DNA of 63,707 nucleotides, filler included, from Octopus bimaculoides (Eukaryota): NCBI RefSeq assembly GCF_001194135.2. It is 9 parts of 7 records of this genome, joined end to end, with 100 filler letters (N's around TTAATTAATTAA, not from the genome) between each part and the next. Parts side by side here need not be neighbours in the genome. Positions count along the whole stretch, not along the records: positions 23,884 to 34,048 come from NC_069002.1; positions 34,149 to 45,270 come from NW_026413528.1; 7 more parts are not named here. One strand, given 5' to 3'. Positions 26,995-40,300 of this stretch are shown piece after piece. Both the position numbers and the translations under genes were made by a program. The notes under the pieces are model-generated. The model was given only the letters and a program-made list of their open reading frames with translations, searched no databases and was not told the origin of the DNA. Every line of letters starts with the position of its first letter. The first letter of the stretch is position 1.

Positions 26995-27210
26995 GGATAA
27001 CCTCTACCCGTCAAATAACCCTTATTTGTCTTTGCCTATCAATTAGTCTTTGACTGTCAAATAACTTTACCTGTCAAAAAAGCCTTTGCCTGTCAGATAA
27101 ACTTTAAATGTCAGTTAGCTTTTACCTGCCAAATAGCCTTTAACTGTCTAATGGACTTTATAGATTTTACCTGTTAAAAAAACCCATTACCTATCAAATA
27201 GCTTTTATCT
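26995..27210. repeat. Degenerate ~18-bp minisatellite (consensus ~ATAGCCTTTACCTGTCAA)
   Basis: About 11 imperfect units read directly. Confidence 0.75.
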
Positions 27211-28659
27211 GTTTTGAACGCTCCTATTAAGGTTGTTTTGGATGGTTTAATTTTTTTCCTTTTTGTTTTTCTTTTTTTTTTTTTGCCTACCCCGTAACTG
27301 TGAACGTGTATTGACACTGAAGCAATTACATATCATGGAAGAACAATTTCAGTCATATTAAGAATACAAAAACCGGTTAAATTTACTTTTTATTTACTTG
27401 CTGGTGTCATAAAACTTTTGTCACACCACTGCAACTGGCTCACTGGAAACAGCTTCAAATGACATTATCAGAACATAGGATGCATGGATTTCTGCGTCAT
27501 TGCATATTGTCAACTATGGGTATCAAGTCACCTTTCATAGCCATCAAGGGCTCGTTCCTCCTATATTAGAATAGCAAGTGGTACATTTGGTGATGAACAC
27601 AACACTTTATCAAGCTAGATCTAATTAATTAGAGGCACAATAAGCAGTGTTTGATGAAACATAGGTGAGTACAATAATAACTAACATATTGATGTACATT
27701 TGAACATAGATGGCCCAGTTGTATGTTTTATAAATTTATCTGTAAAGAGAACTTCTTTCTCTTGTGACAGTTTCCACAGCCTATGTCTTTTCTTTATCCA
27801 AGTGTACACGCACATATTAAATACAATTGTACACGATTATATTTCATTCAGTGCTTCTTAGTTCACCTCTAATTAATTAAGCAGTTTTTAGGTTTTCAAA
27901 TGACTAAAATTGGCTCCTCTATAATATAATTGCCAGTTTCATTTGAGTTTAATTTGAAAAATAACCAGTTGGAAATGAATTTAAGCTATTTCCTTAAATT
28001 CAAATGATATCTGGTTGCTGTACATTTGTTAAGAGAGATAAAGAAAATTTCTAAGAAATATATTTAATAACGAAGAAATGTTACTACAAAACCAGATTGA
28101 AAGTTAAGTCATGCTCTTTTGATACCAACCCACCTTTGACCACCCCTTGTGATACAAACTTCCTGTTTTAATGTAATCTCAGTTAAAAATATCCATTAAA
28201 ACTTCACGTTCATTGAAGTTTCAAATACCATTTTAATAATGGCAAAATTATTTTATTAAACTTTTCATTATTTTCAAAATTAATTGAAACAAAGGCAATG
28301 CATTTCAATAGAAAACTGGTAACAAAAAGGTTAAATTCACCAGTTTAAACGATTCTTTAAATCTTTTGCTGTTTTCAGTCATTGGACTGTGGCCATGGCC
28401 ATGCTGAAGCACTGCTTTCAGTCATTTAAGTTGATCATTTTGACTTATTTTAATCTAGTATTTCTTCCATCGATCTCTTTTTATTGAATTCCTAGATTAG
28501 TAGACTTAAAACTAAACAACACCTGTTTTTAGACCACAAGTACCACCACCATACACACCAATACAAAGACAGACACACACACATATACATGTGTGTGTGT
28601 ATGCCTGTATATACATATATGTACATATATACACTCACACATATGTACTTACATCATTA

Positions 28660-28967
28660 TCTCTTACTTGTTTCAATCATTTGGCTACGGCCATGCTGGT
28701 GCACCACCTTGAAGGGTTTTAGTCAAACAAATCAACTCCAGGACTTTTTTTTGAAGCCTACTACTTATTCTATCAGTCTCTTTTGACCAAACTGCTAAGT
28801 TACAGGGACGTAATCACACCAACATCAGTTGTTAAATGGTGATGGGGGACAAACACAGACAAATACACACACACACACACACACACACACACGTATGGCA
28901 GGCTTCTTTCAGTTTCCATCTTTGAAATCCACTCACAAGGCTTTGGTTGGCCTGAGGCTATAGTAGA
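28660..28967 (-). mobile_element. SINE family B, partial (head lost in gap)
   Basis: Reverse complement of the family-B tail and body. Confidence 0.8.
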
Positions 28968-29790
28968 NNNNNNNNNNNNNNNNNNNNNNNNNNNNNNNNN
29001 NNNNNNNNNNNNNNNNNNNNNNNNNNNNNNNNNNNNNNNNNNNNNNNNNNNNNNNNNNNNNNNNNNNNNNNNNNNNNNNNNNNNNNNNNNNNNNNNNNNN
29101 NNNNNNNNNNNNNNNNNNNNNNNNNNNNNNNNNNNNNNNNNNNNNNNNNNNNNNNNNNNNNNNNNNNNNNNNNNNNNNNNNNNNNNNNNNNNNNNNNNNN
29201 NNNNNNNNNNNNNNNNNNNNNNNNNNNNNNNNNNNNNNNNNNNNNNNNNNNNNNNNNNNNNNNNNNNNNNNNNNNNNNNNNNNNNNNNNNNNNNNNNNNN
29301 NNNNNNNNNNNNNNNNNNNNNNNNNNNNNNNNNNNNNNNNNNNNNNNNNNNNNNNNNNNNNNNNNNNNNNNNNNNNNNNNNNNNNNNNNNNNNNNNNNNN
29401 NNNNNNNNNNNNNNNNNNNNNNNNNNNNNNNNNNNNNNNNNNNNNNNNNNNNNNNNNNNNNNNNNNNNNNNNNNNNNNNNNNNNNNNNNNNNNNNNNNNN
29501 NNNNNNNNNNNNNNNNNNNNNNNNNNNNNNNNNNNNNNNNNNNNNNNNNNNNNNNNNNNNNNNNNNNNNNNNNNNNNNNNNNNNNNNNNNNNNNNNNNNN
29601 NNNNNNNNNNNNNNNNNNNNNNNNNNNNNNNNNNNNNNNNNNNNNNNNNNNNNNNNNNNNNNNNNNNNNNNNNNNNNNNNNNNNNNNNNNNNNNNNNNNN
29701 NNNNNNNNNNNNNNNNNNNNNNNNNNNNNNNNNNNNNNNNNNNNNNNNNNNNNNNNNNNNNNNNNNNNNNNNNNNNNNNNNNNNNTATAT

Positions 29791-29951
29791 AGCAGGAGTG
29801 GCTGTGTGGTAAGAAGCTTGCTTCCCAGCCACATGGTTCCGGGTTCAGTCCCACTGCATGGCACCTTGGGCAAGTGTTCTTTACTATAGCCTCGGGCCAA
29901 CCAATGCCTTGCTAGTGGATTTGGTTGACAGAAACTGAAAGAAGCCTGTCG

Positions 29952-30002
<51 letters not shown>

Positions 30003-30205
30003 TTGTGTGTCAGTGTTTGTCCCCCTCCATCCCATCGCTTGACAACCACTATTGGTGTGTTTACGTCCCCTGTAACTTTGCAGTTCAGCAAAAGAGACTG
30101 ATAGAATAAGTACTAGGCTTATGAAAAATAAGTCGTGGGGTTGATTTGTTCAACTAAAAGCGGTGCTCCAGCACGGCTGCAGTCAAATGACCAAAACAAG
30201 TAAAA

Positions 30206-30207
<2 letters not shown>
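29791..30207 (+). mobile_element. SINE family B, full length
   Basis: Head GGAGTGGCTGTGTGGTAAG..GGGTTCAGTCCC, GCACCTTGGGCAAG, (TG)n, tail. Confidence 0.9.
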
Positions 30208-30241
<34 letters not shown>

Positions 30242-31530
30242 GGCTTCTGTACAATTTCCATCTAAGTATCAGTTAAACTTTCCCAGCATGTTGTGCAGTG
30301 GAATTGAACTCAGGACTATGTCAAGGCAAGGCAAACTTCTTAAACCTCACTGCCATGCCTTCACCCCTATAAACATTTCCGTTTACCAATTCTCATAACA
30401 ACAGCGTAATATCTGGAATCAACCACAAGAGAAAATGGTAAAAACAAATAAAGATGGAACTCATAACACACAACGAACACTTAAAAGGAAATGTATTCCC
30501 TTTGGCAATTGCTGGATATTATTGGAGAACTAAAACGTTTACTGAAGGATTCTTTATTATTTTTCCTATACCGATTCTCTTATATTTCAAATCCAATGTC
30601 AATAATGGTCCTAAAATATATATGATGAAATCCAGAACTGTAATTCTTCACTGTAAAATTATGATGCAGAATTTGTCAAACTCTGCTAAACCTCAATTTG
30701 TGTTTGGTGATATGTTCCAGCTAAATGCCAAAAGTCTGTAACATTCACCTATTTGTAGAAATATTAAACTGTTGACCCATTGAAGGAGCTTGTACATGTT
30801 CCCTTGACCTAGTGAAAATAACAGCTATATCTCCCTCAAATCATACCTTTCTGTGATTGGGTTTTTCTTTTTTTTTTTTTAACCAATTAGTACAGGAGGG
30901 AAGATCAGCTTTTGGAATTCTTTATATTCTTAGGGTCTCTGAGATTGATGCAAGGATTGTCACTGCTTAATTCACCAACCAACTTATAGAATTCTGGTTG
31001 CTTCCACCCCCACCCCCACCCCATGGCAACAACCAGCACCAGTGAATTAGTTTACCATGTCACACACAAGACTGAACGGCCTTGATGACTGAAAGACTGA
31101 CCAGGAGAGAGAGAGACAGATTGAGAGAGAGGGGAGAGGAGGAAGATGACAAGTGAGGCATTGAGAAGAGTTAAAGTATGCAGGGTGGAACAGGTTAATT
31201 GTTGTGAGAGAGAGCGAGAGATAGGGGTCAGTGTTAGGTGAGGAGTGTAATTAACCCTTTAGCATTCAGATTAAGTCAGCTTTAATCTAATTAAGTCAAA
31301 TCTTGTGCAGTAAAATCTAATGCTTAATTCGCATAGTTTAGAATTAATCATGCATTATCTCATAGCTTTGAGATTTTGATATGGTTGTTTATTTTTAGAA
31401 TGATATTGTAGGTTGGTACTCCAGCATGGCCGCAATCAAATGACTGAAACAAGTAGAAGAATATATATATATAGACCACTGAAATCTACAAGTTTTTTTT
31501 CATTCTCTCTCTGTTTATTTTCTCTTATTC

Positions 31531-31566
31531 CTCTCTGTTGAAGAGCATAGGCTCGAAACGTAAAAG
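31531..31566 (+). ncRNA. Minimal hammerhead-like motif with core mutation (CUGUUGA), in a PLE-type terminal repeat
   Basis: CTCT-CTGTTGA-A-GAGC(ATAG)GCTC-GAAAC-GTA-AAAG. Stem II is perfect, core A6 is changed to U, and stem I is weak. Confidence 0.5.
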
Positions 31567-31809
31567 ACTTTTTCATTTTTCCCGAGTGTCAAACTAATAC
31601 ACTTGCTTGTTGTTCATACATCTGTCTCCATCTTTTGTTTCTCTATAAATTTCAATTATATATATATATATATATAACATATACAAGAATACTTGGGGAT
31701 GGTCATATTGCCAGTTTAGCCAATAAAAACACACGCACTGTATATTTGGTGTTAATTTTTTTTTTTTTTCAGCTTTATATTACATTAATCTTAATCTTAA
31801 TCTTATTTC

Positions 31810-31854
31810 GGCCAGAGTTCTTTCGTCACACTTCTGTGACCTCATCAGTGGTCC
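31810..31854 (-). ncRNA. Minimal type I hammerhead ribozyme motif
   Basis: Minus strand: GGACCA-CTGATGA-G-GTCAC(AGAAGT)GTGAC-GAAA-GAAC-TC-TGGCC. Core intact, cleavage triplet CUC. Confidence 0.75.
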
Positions 31855-32282
31855 TTTGTTTCCTTCTTTCTTATGTGTGTCTCACCTTGCTAACTATCAG
31901 CCATTTTGTCAACACACGATTTTGTTCAACCATTTTGTTCAGCCATTTTGTTCAACACACGATTTCACATAAAAAATCTTGCAAAACAAATATGTAAACG
32001 GAATATACAAGAATATANNNNNNNNNNNNNNNNNNNNNNNNNNNNNNNNNNNNNNNNNNNNNNNNNNNNNNNNNNNNNNNNNNNNNNNNNNNNNNNNNNN
32101 NNNNNNNNNNNNNNNNNNNNNNNNNNNNNNNNNNNNNNNNNNNNNNNNNNNNNNNNNNNNNNNNNNNNNNNNNNNNNNNNNNNNNNNNNNNNNNNNNNNN
32201 NNNNNNNNNNNNNNNNNNNNNNNNNNNNNNNNNNNNNNNNNNNNNNNNNNNNNNNNNNNNNNNNNNNNNNNNNNNNNNNNNN

Positions 32283-32665
32283 CTCTTTTACTTGTTTCAG
32301 TCATTTGACTGTGGCTATGCCGGAGCACTGCTTTTAGTCGAGCAAATCGACCCCAGGACTTATTCTTTGTAAGCCTAGCACTTATTCTATCGGTCTCTTT
32401 TTGCTGAACCGCTAAGTTACGGGGACGTAAACACACCAGCATCAGTTGTCAAGCGATGGTGGGGGAACAAACACAGACACACAAACACACATACATATAT
32501 ACGACGGGCTTCTTTCAGTTTCCGTCTACCAAATCCACTCACAAGGCTTTGATCAGCCCGAGGCTATAGTGGAAGACACTTGCCCAAGGTGCCATGCAGT
32601 GGGACTGAACTCAGAACCATGTGGTTGTTAAGCAAGCTACTTACCACACAGCCACTCATACGCCT
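32283..32665 (-). mobile_element. SINE family B, full length
   Basis: Reverse complement of the family-B sequence. Confidence 0.9.
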
Positions 32666-32972
32666 ATATAGGGTCTCTGAGATATATATATATGGATATA
32701 TAAAATATCCCAGAAACAGCTGTAAGATCTCTTTATAAATGTTCTGAAAACTATTCACAGCCTTGGATTTTTTTATCTCATTCTGTTAATTATTATATAT
32801 ATGCATGCTAATACATGACCCACGTTGGACTCCTCATTCGTATCCTTACCGAACCTGGTCTGTCCATAGCACTTACTCAGTGTTACCTGACACCTTTGGT
32901 TCTTCTTGACACCAATACCTCTCATACCCTTGATATATACATACATATATATATACATACATATATATATAC

Positions 32973-33028
<56 letters not shown>

Positions 33029-33091
33029 GTATATATATATACATATATACACACACATACATATATATACATATATACACACACACACTCA

Positions 33092-33134
<43 letters not shown>

Positions 33135-33139
33135 GTCAG

Positions 33140-33432
33140 TAAAGTAGTTGGCTTTTGGAAGGGCATCCAGCCTTAGAAACCAATCCAGAACAGACTATGG
33201 AACCTAGAGTCTGGTTGTTGCAAAGTGGGGGACAAACACAAAGAAACATACACTGATACAGAAATACATATATGCAACAGGCTTCCACACAGTTTCCATC
33301 TACCAAATTCACCAACAGGACGTTGGCCAGCATAGGGCTATAATAAAAGACACTTGCCCATGGTGCTGCACAGCAGGATTGAACCTGAAACCACATGTTT
33401 CCAAAGCAAGCTTTTTAACCATACAGCCATGT
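33140..33432 (-). mobile_element. Degenerate SINE family B head and body, joined to an RTE 3'UTR fragment
   Basis: cacttgcccatggtgctgcacagcaggattgaacc...catacagcc, preceded by ggaagggcatccagc. Confidence 0.6.
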
Positions 33433-34364
33433 TTGTTTGTTTGTGTGTGTAGCCTATTTCTGTCTTTGTTATATGTCCAAGGTTGATAAAGATTTTAAAT
33501 GCTAGCAAAGATTCAATACAGTGTGTTTTATTTCTTTTTTTGTGTACAGATCAATACACTTATGGTGTTTCTTCATTTGTTGTTTGATTTGTAAACCAAA
33601 TACTTCTAAACACTGTGCATATGACATATCTAGTCGTAACGTGTGCACATGTACTCAGTATGTATGGGAGTATGTGAACAGAGCCAGTTGCAACAAATCG
33701 TGTACATAAGTACAAGAAAGGACATCTTTGATTAGCAGTTGTCTATAACAAACAGAAACATATTAACTTATATTTACATTTGATGTCGTTCTTGTAGAAG
33801 GTTAATTAATCGGCTTGCAGAAGCTTTCGAATGTAAATTCAAAATACGGTCGTTAATTTTATTTCCTATTTCAGTATTGGTTTCTTGTTTTCTTTCCCAA
33901 CACGCGCAGGCATGGCTGTGTGGTAAGAAGTTTGCTTCTCAACCACATGGTTCTGGGTTCAGCCCAGCTGTGTGTCTTCTTCCAAAACCTTGTGAGTGGA
34001 TTTGCTTGTCAGAAACTGAAAGAAGCCCATCATATATATATATATATANNNNNNNNNNNNNNNNNNNNNNNNNNNNNNNNNNNNNNNNNNNNTTAATTAA
34101 TTAANNNNNNNNNNNNNNNNNNNNNNNNNNNNNNNNNNNNNNNNNNNNTATATACATATAAATAAATGTATACATATATATAAATAAATATATACATATA
34201 AATAAATGTATACATATAAATAAATATATATATGCATATAAATATATATATACATATAAATATATATATGTATACATATAAATAAATAAATATATAAATA
34301 AATATACATATAATTAAATACATATGTATATATATAAATAAATATATATAAATACATATATATA

Positions 34365-37300
34365 GGTACGCACGTACGTACGTTCGTTCGTTGAATCGTT
34401 TGTACGTACTTATGAAAGTACGTACATTCATTCGTTCTATCGTTCGTACGTACGTACGTACGCACATCCATTCGTTCGTCCGCTCGTACGTACGTGCGTT
34501 CGGTTGTCCTTTTCTTCGTTCGTTAATTTGTTCGTTCGGTCGGTCGTTAGTTTGTTCATTCGTTCGCTCTTTTGTCCGTACGTACGTACATTAATTCATT
34601 CGTACGTACGTACGTACCTACGTACATATGTGCTTACGTACGTGCGTTTGATCGTTATTTCGTTTGTTCATTCGTTCGTTCGTTCATTCAATCGTTTGTT
34701 TGTATGTAAATTCGTTCGTTCGCTCGTTCTTTCGTTCGTTCAATCTTCCGTTCGTTCATTTATTTGTTTCGTTTGTTCCTTCGTTAGTTTCGTACGTACG
34801 TTCGTTCTTTCGATCGTCCGTTCGTTCGTACGTACGTACCTACGTTCGTTCGCTTGTTTGTTCGTTCGTTCGTTCATTCGTATATACATATGTAAATACG
34901 TACGTTCGTTCGTTCATTTCGTGGTAAGCTCGTTCGTACGTACATACGAATGAGCGAACGAACGATATGAACGAACAAACGAACGAACTTACGTATATTC
35001 GTACTTACATATGTATGAATGAACGAACGATCGAACGTGCGTGCGTATGTTCGTACGTACATATGTATGAATGAACGAACGAACAAACGAACGTACGTAC
35101 GTACGAACGAACGGTCGTACGTATGAACAAATGATCGAAAGAAGGAAAGAACATGCGTACGTAAGTTCGTACGTACGAACGAATAAACGAAAGAAGGAAC
35201 GTAATTACGAACGAATGTTCCTACGTACATATATATGAACGAACGAACGTCCGTACGTATGTACGGATTTACGTATGTAAGAACGAACGAACGAACGAAC
35301 GAAGAATTGAACGTACGTATGTACGAACGAACTAACGAACAAACGAACGTACATAATTAGGTACATATGTACGTACGTACCTATGAACGAACGAAAGAAC
35401 AAACTAACGAACGTACGTACGTACCCACGAATGAACGAAAAAACGTACGTACTTAAGAACGAACGAAAGAATGTACGTACGTACGAAAGATCGAACGACC
35501 GAACAAACGTACGTACGCACGTGCGAAGGAACAAACGAACGAACGAATAATCCTACGTACGTACGTACGTACGGAAGAACGAAACAAACGAACAAACGTA
35601 ATTACGTACGAACGTAGGTACGTATATAAGTACCTACGTACGAACGAACGTAAATACGTCCGTACGTACGTAACAACGAAGGAACGAACAAACAAATGAA
35701 CGAACGAACTAACGAAGGAATGTACGTACGTTCGTAGGAACGTACGCACGTACGAAACATGAAGGAACGTAAGTACGTACGTAAGAACGAACGATCGAAC
35801 AAACGAATTAACGAACAAATGTAGGTACATACGTACGAACGAACGAACAAGCGTAACTACGACGGAACGAACGAATGAAAGTACGTACGTACGAACGAAC
35901 GAGCGAGCGAAGGATTGAAAGTACGAACGTACGTACGAAAAAAAAAACGAACGAACAAAGAAATGAACGTACGAACGATCGAACGTAGGTATGTATGTAC
36001 GTACGAACGAACGTACGTAAGTAGGTACATATGTACGTACGACCAAAGTAACGAACGTACGCGCGTACGTACGTTCGGTCATTCTTACGCACGTACGTTC
36101 GTTCGTTCGTATTTAGTAACGTACGTTCGTTCGTACTTACTTATGAACGTACGTACGTTGATTCGTTCTATCGTTCGTTCTTTCGTACGTACGTACGTGC
36201 ATTCGGTTGTCCTTTCGTTCGTTCATTAATTTGTTCGTTCGTTCGGTCGTTAGTTTGTTCATTCGTTCGCTCTTTTGTCCGTAGGTACATTAATTCATTC
36301 GTACGTACATATGTGCTTACGTACGTACGTGCGTTTGATCGTTCTTTCGTTTGTTCATTCGTTCGTTCATTTGTTCGTTCGTTCTTTTGTTCGTTCTTTC
36401 ATTAGTTCGTATGTACGTACCTACTTACGTACGTTTGTTCGTTCGTACGTACGTACGTACATTCATTCTTTCGTTTGTTCGTACGTACGTTCGTTTGTTC
36501 GTACGTACGTTCGCTAGTTCGTACGTTCGTTCGTTCGTTCATTCATTCGTATATACATATGTAAATACGTACGTTCGTTCGTTGGTAACGAAAGACCTAA
36601 CTAACGAGGCAACGAACAAATGTCCGTACGTATTTATGGATTTACGTATGTAAGAACGAACAAACGAACGAACAAAGAAACAGACGAACGAACGTACGTA
36701 GGTACGAAAAAAGAACGAACGAACAAAGAATTGAATTACGTATGTACCCACGAACAAACGAACGTACATAAGTAGGTACATATGTACGTACGTACGTATG
36801 AACGAAGGAACAAACTAACGAACGTACGAACGAACGAAAGTATGAACGAAAGAATGTACGTACGTACGTACGAAAGAACGAACAAACTACGTACGAAGGA
36901 ACAAACGAACGAATGATCGTACGTACGTACGGAAGAACGAACGATCGAACGAAACAAATGAACGAACGAGCGAAAGAACGAAGTAACGAAAGAATGAACG
37001 AACGAACGTACGTATATACGTACTTACATATGTATCAATGAACGAATGTACGTACGTACGAACGAAGGTAACTACGTACGTACGAACGATCGTACGTATG
37101 AACAAATGATCGAAGGAAGGAAAGAACGTGAGTACGTAAGTAAGTTCGTACGAATGAATAAACGAAAGAAGGAACGTAATTACGAACAAACGTACGTATG
37201 TTCCTGCGTACATATATATGAATGAACGGACGGACGAACGAACGAACGACCTAATGAACGAACTACGTACGTACGAAATAAGTAACGAACGAACGTCCGT

Positions 37301-40300
37301 ACGTATCTACGGATTTACGTACGTATGTAAGAACGAACNNNNNNNNNNGTACGTATGTAAGAACGAACGAACGAACAAAAGAACAGACGAACGTACGTAG
37401 GTACGAAAAAAAACGAACGAACAAAGAATTGAACGTACGTATGTACGAACGAACAAACGTACTTACTTATGAACGTACGTACATTCATTCGTTCGTTCTT
37501 TCGTACGTACGTACGTACGCACATCCGTTCGTTCGTACGTACGTGCGTTCGGTTGTCCTTTCGTTCGTTCGGTCGTTAGTTTGTTCGCTCTTTTGTCCGT
37601 AGTTACGTACGTACGTACATACGTGCGTTTGATCGTTCTTTTGTTTGTTCATTCGTTCGTTCATTCTTTCGTTCGTACGTTCGCTCCTTTGTTCTTTCGT
37701 TCGTTCGTTCATTTGTTTATTTCGTTCGTTCGTTGGTTCCTTCGTTAGTATCGTACGTTCGTTCTTTTGTTCGTTCGTTCGATCTTTCGTTCGTTAGTTC
37801 GTACGTTCATTCGTTCGTTCGTACGTACCTACCTACCTACTTACGTACGTACGTACATTCATTCTTTCGTACGTTTGTTAGTTCGTACATTCGTTCGTTC
37901 ATTCATTCATACGTATAAACATATGTAAATACGTACGTTGGTTCTTTCGTTCGTTGGTAAGCTCGTACGTACGTACGAATGAGCGAACGAGCTAACGAAC
38001 GAAAGAATGAATGTACGAACGTACGTAAGTAGGTACGTACGTACGAACTAACGAAGAAAAGAAAGAACGAACGTACGAAACTAACGAATGAACAAACGAA
38101 CGTACGTACGAACAAACGAACGAAAGAACGAATGAACAAACGAAAGAACGATCAAACGCACGTATGTACGTACGTACGTACCTACGGACAAAAGAGCGAA
38201 CGAATGAACAAACTAACGACCGAACGAACGAAAGGACAACCGAACGCACGTACGAACGAACTTATGTGCGTACGTACGAAGGAACGATAGAACGAATGAA
38301 CGTACGTACGTTCATAAGTAGGTACGTTTGTTCGTTAGTTCGTTCGTACATACGTACGTTCAATTCTTTGTTCGTTCGTTTTTTTTCGTACCTACGTACG
38401 TTCGTCCGTTTCTTTGTTTGTTCGATCGTTCGTTCGTTCTTACATACGTACTTACGTACGTAAATCCGTACATACGTACGGACGTTCGTTCGTTGCCTCC
38501 TTCATTAGTTCTTTCGTACGTACCTACGTTCGTTCATTAGGTCCTTCGTTCGTACGTTCGTTCGTAATTACGTTCCTTTTTTCGTTTGTTCGTTCGTACG
38601 TACGAACTTACTTACGTTCTTTCCTTCCTTCGATCATTTGTTCATACGTACGATCGTTCGTTCGTTCGTACGTACGTTCGTTCGTTCATTCGTACATTCG
38701 TACGTACGTTCGTTCATTGATACATATGTAAGTACGAATATACGTACGTTCGCTCGTCCATTCTTTCGTTACTTCAGTCTTTCGCTCGTGCTTCATTCGT
38801 TCGATCATTCGTTTGTTTCGTTCTTCCGTACGTACGCACGATCATTCGTTCGTTTGTTCGTTCCTTCCTTCGCACGTACGTTTGTTCCTTCTTTCGTTCA
38901 ATCGTTTGTTCATTCTTTCGTTACTTCGCTCGTTCGTTCGTTCGTTTGTTCGTACGTTCTTTAGTACGTACGTACGTTCGTTCTTTTGTTCGTACGTACG
39001 AACGAACGAACAAACAAATGAACGAACGAGCGAAGTAACGAAAGAATGGACGAACGAACGTACGTATATTCGTACTTACATATGTATCAATGAACGAACG
39101 TACGTACGTACGAACGTACGTACGTACGAATGAACGATCGTAAGTATGAACAAATGATCGAAGGAAGGAAAGAACGTGAGTACGTAAGTAAGTTCGTACG
39201 TACGAACGAATAAACGAAAGAAGGAACGTAATTATGAACGTACGTATGTTCTTACGTACATATATATGAATGAACGAACGAACGTACGGACGAACGACCT
39301 AATGAACGTACGTGCAAAAGAACTAACGAACGAACGTCCGTACGGATTTACGTACGGAAGTACGTATGTAAGAACGAACGAACGATCGAACAAAGAAACG
39401 GACGTACGAACGAATGAAAGAACGATTGAACGAACGAAGGTACGATAAAAAACGAACGAACAAAGAATTGAACGTACGTAGGTACGAACGAACTAACGAA
39501 CAAACGTACGTACGATAGAACGAATGAACGTACGTACGTACGTACGCACATCCGTACGTACGTACGTGCGTTCGGTTGTCCTTTCGTTCGGTCGGTCGTT
39601 AGTTTGTTCATTCGTTCGCTCTTTTGTCCGTAGGTACGTACGTACGTACATACGTTTGATCGTTCTTTCGTTTGTTCGTTCGTTCGTTCATTTGTTCGTA
39701 CGTTCGTTCGTTCGCTCGTTTGTTCGTTCGTTCATTCTTCCGTTCTTTCGTTCATTTGTTTCGTTCGTACATTCGTTCGTTCATTCATTCATACGTATAA
39801 ACATATGTAAATACGTACGTTCGATCGTTCGTTCGTTGGTTCTTTCGTTCGTTCATTTCGTTGGTAAGCTCGTCCATACGTACGAATGAGCGAACGAACG
39901 ATATGAACGAACTAACGAACAAACAAACGAACGAATGAAAGAATGAATGTACGTACGAACAAACGAAAGAACGTACGTAAGTAGGTACGTACGAACGATC
40001 GAACGAACAAACGAAAGAAGGAACGAATGAAAGAACGAACGTACGAAACTAACGAAGGAACAAACGAAAGAATGAATGAGCGAACGAATGATAAAACGAA
40101 AGAACGATCAAACGCACGTATGTACGTACCTACGGACAAAAGAGCGAACGAATGAACAAACTAACGACCGAACGAACGAACTTATGTACGTACGTACGAA
40201 AGAACGAACGAACGTACGTACGTTCATAAGTAAGCACGTTTGTTCATTAGTTCGTTCGTACATACGTACGTTCAATTCTTTGTTCGTTCGTTTTTTTTTC

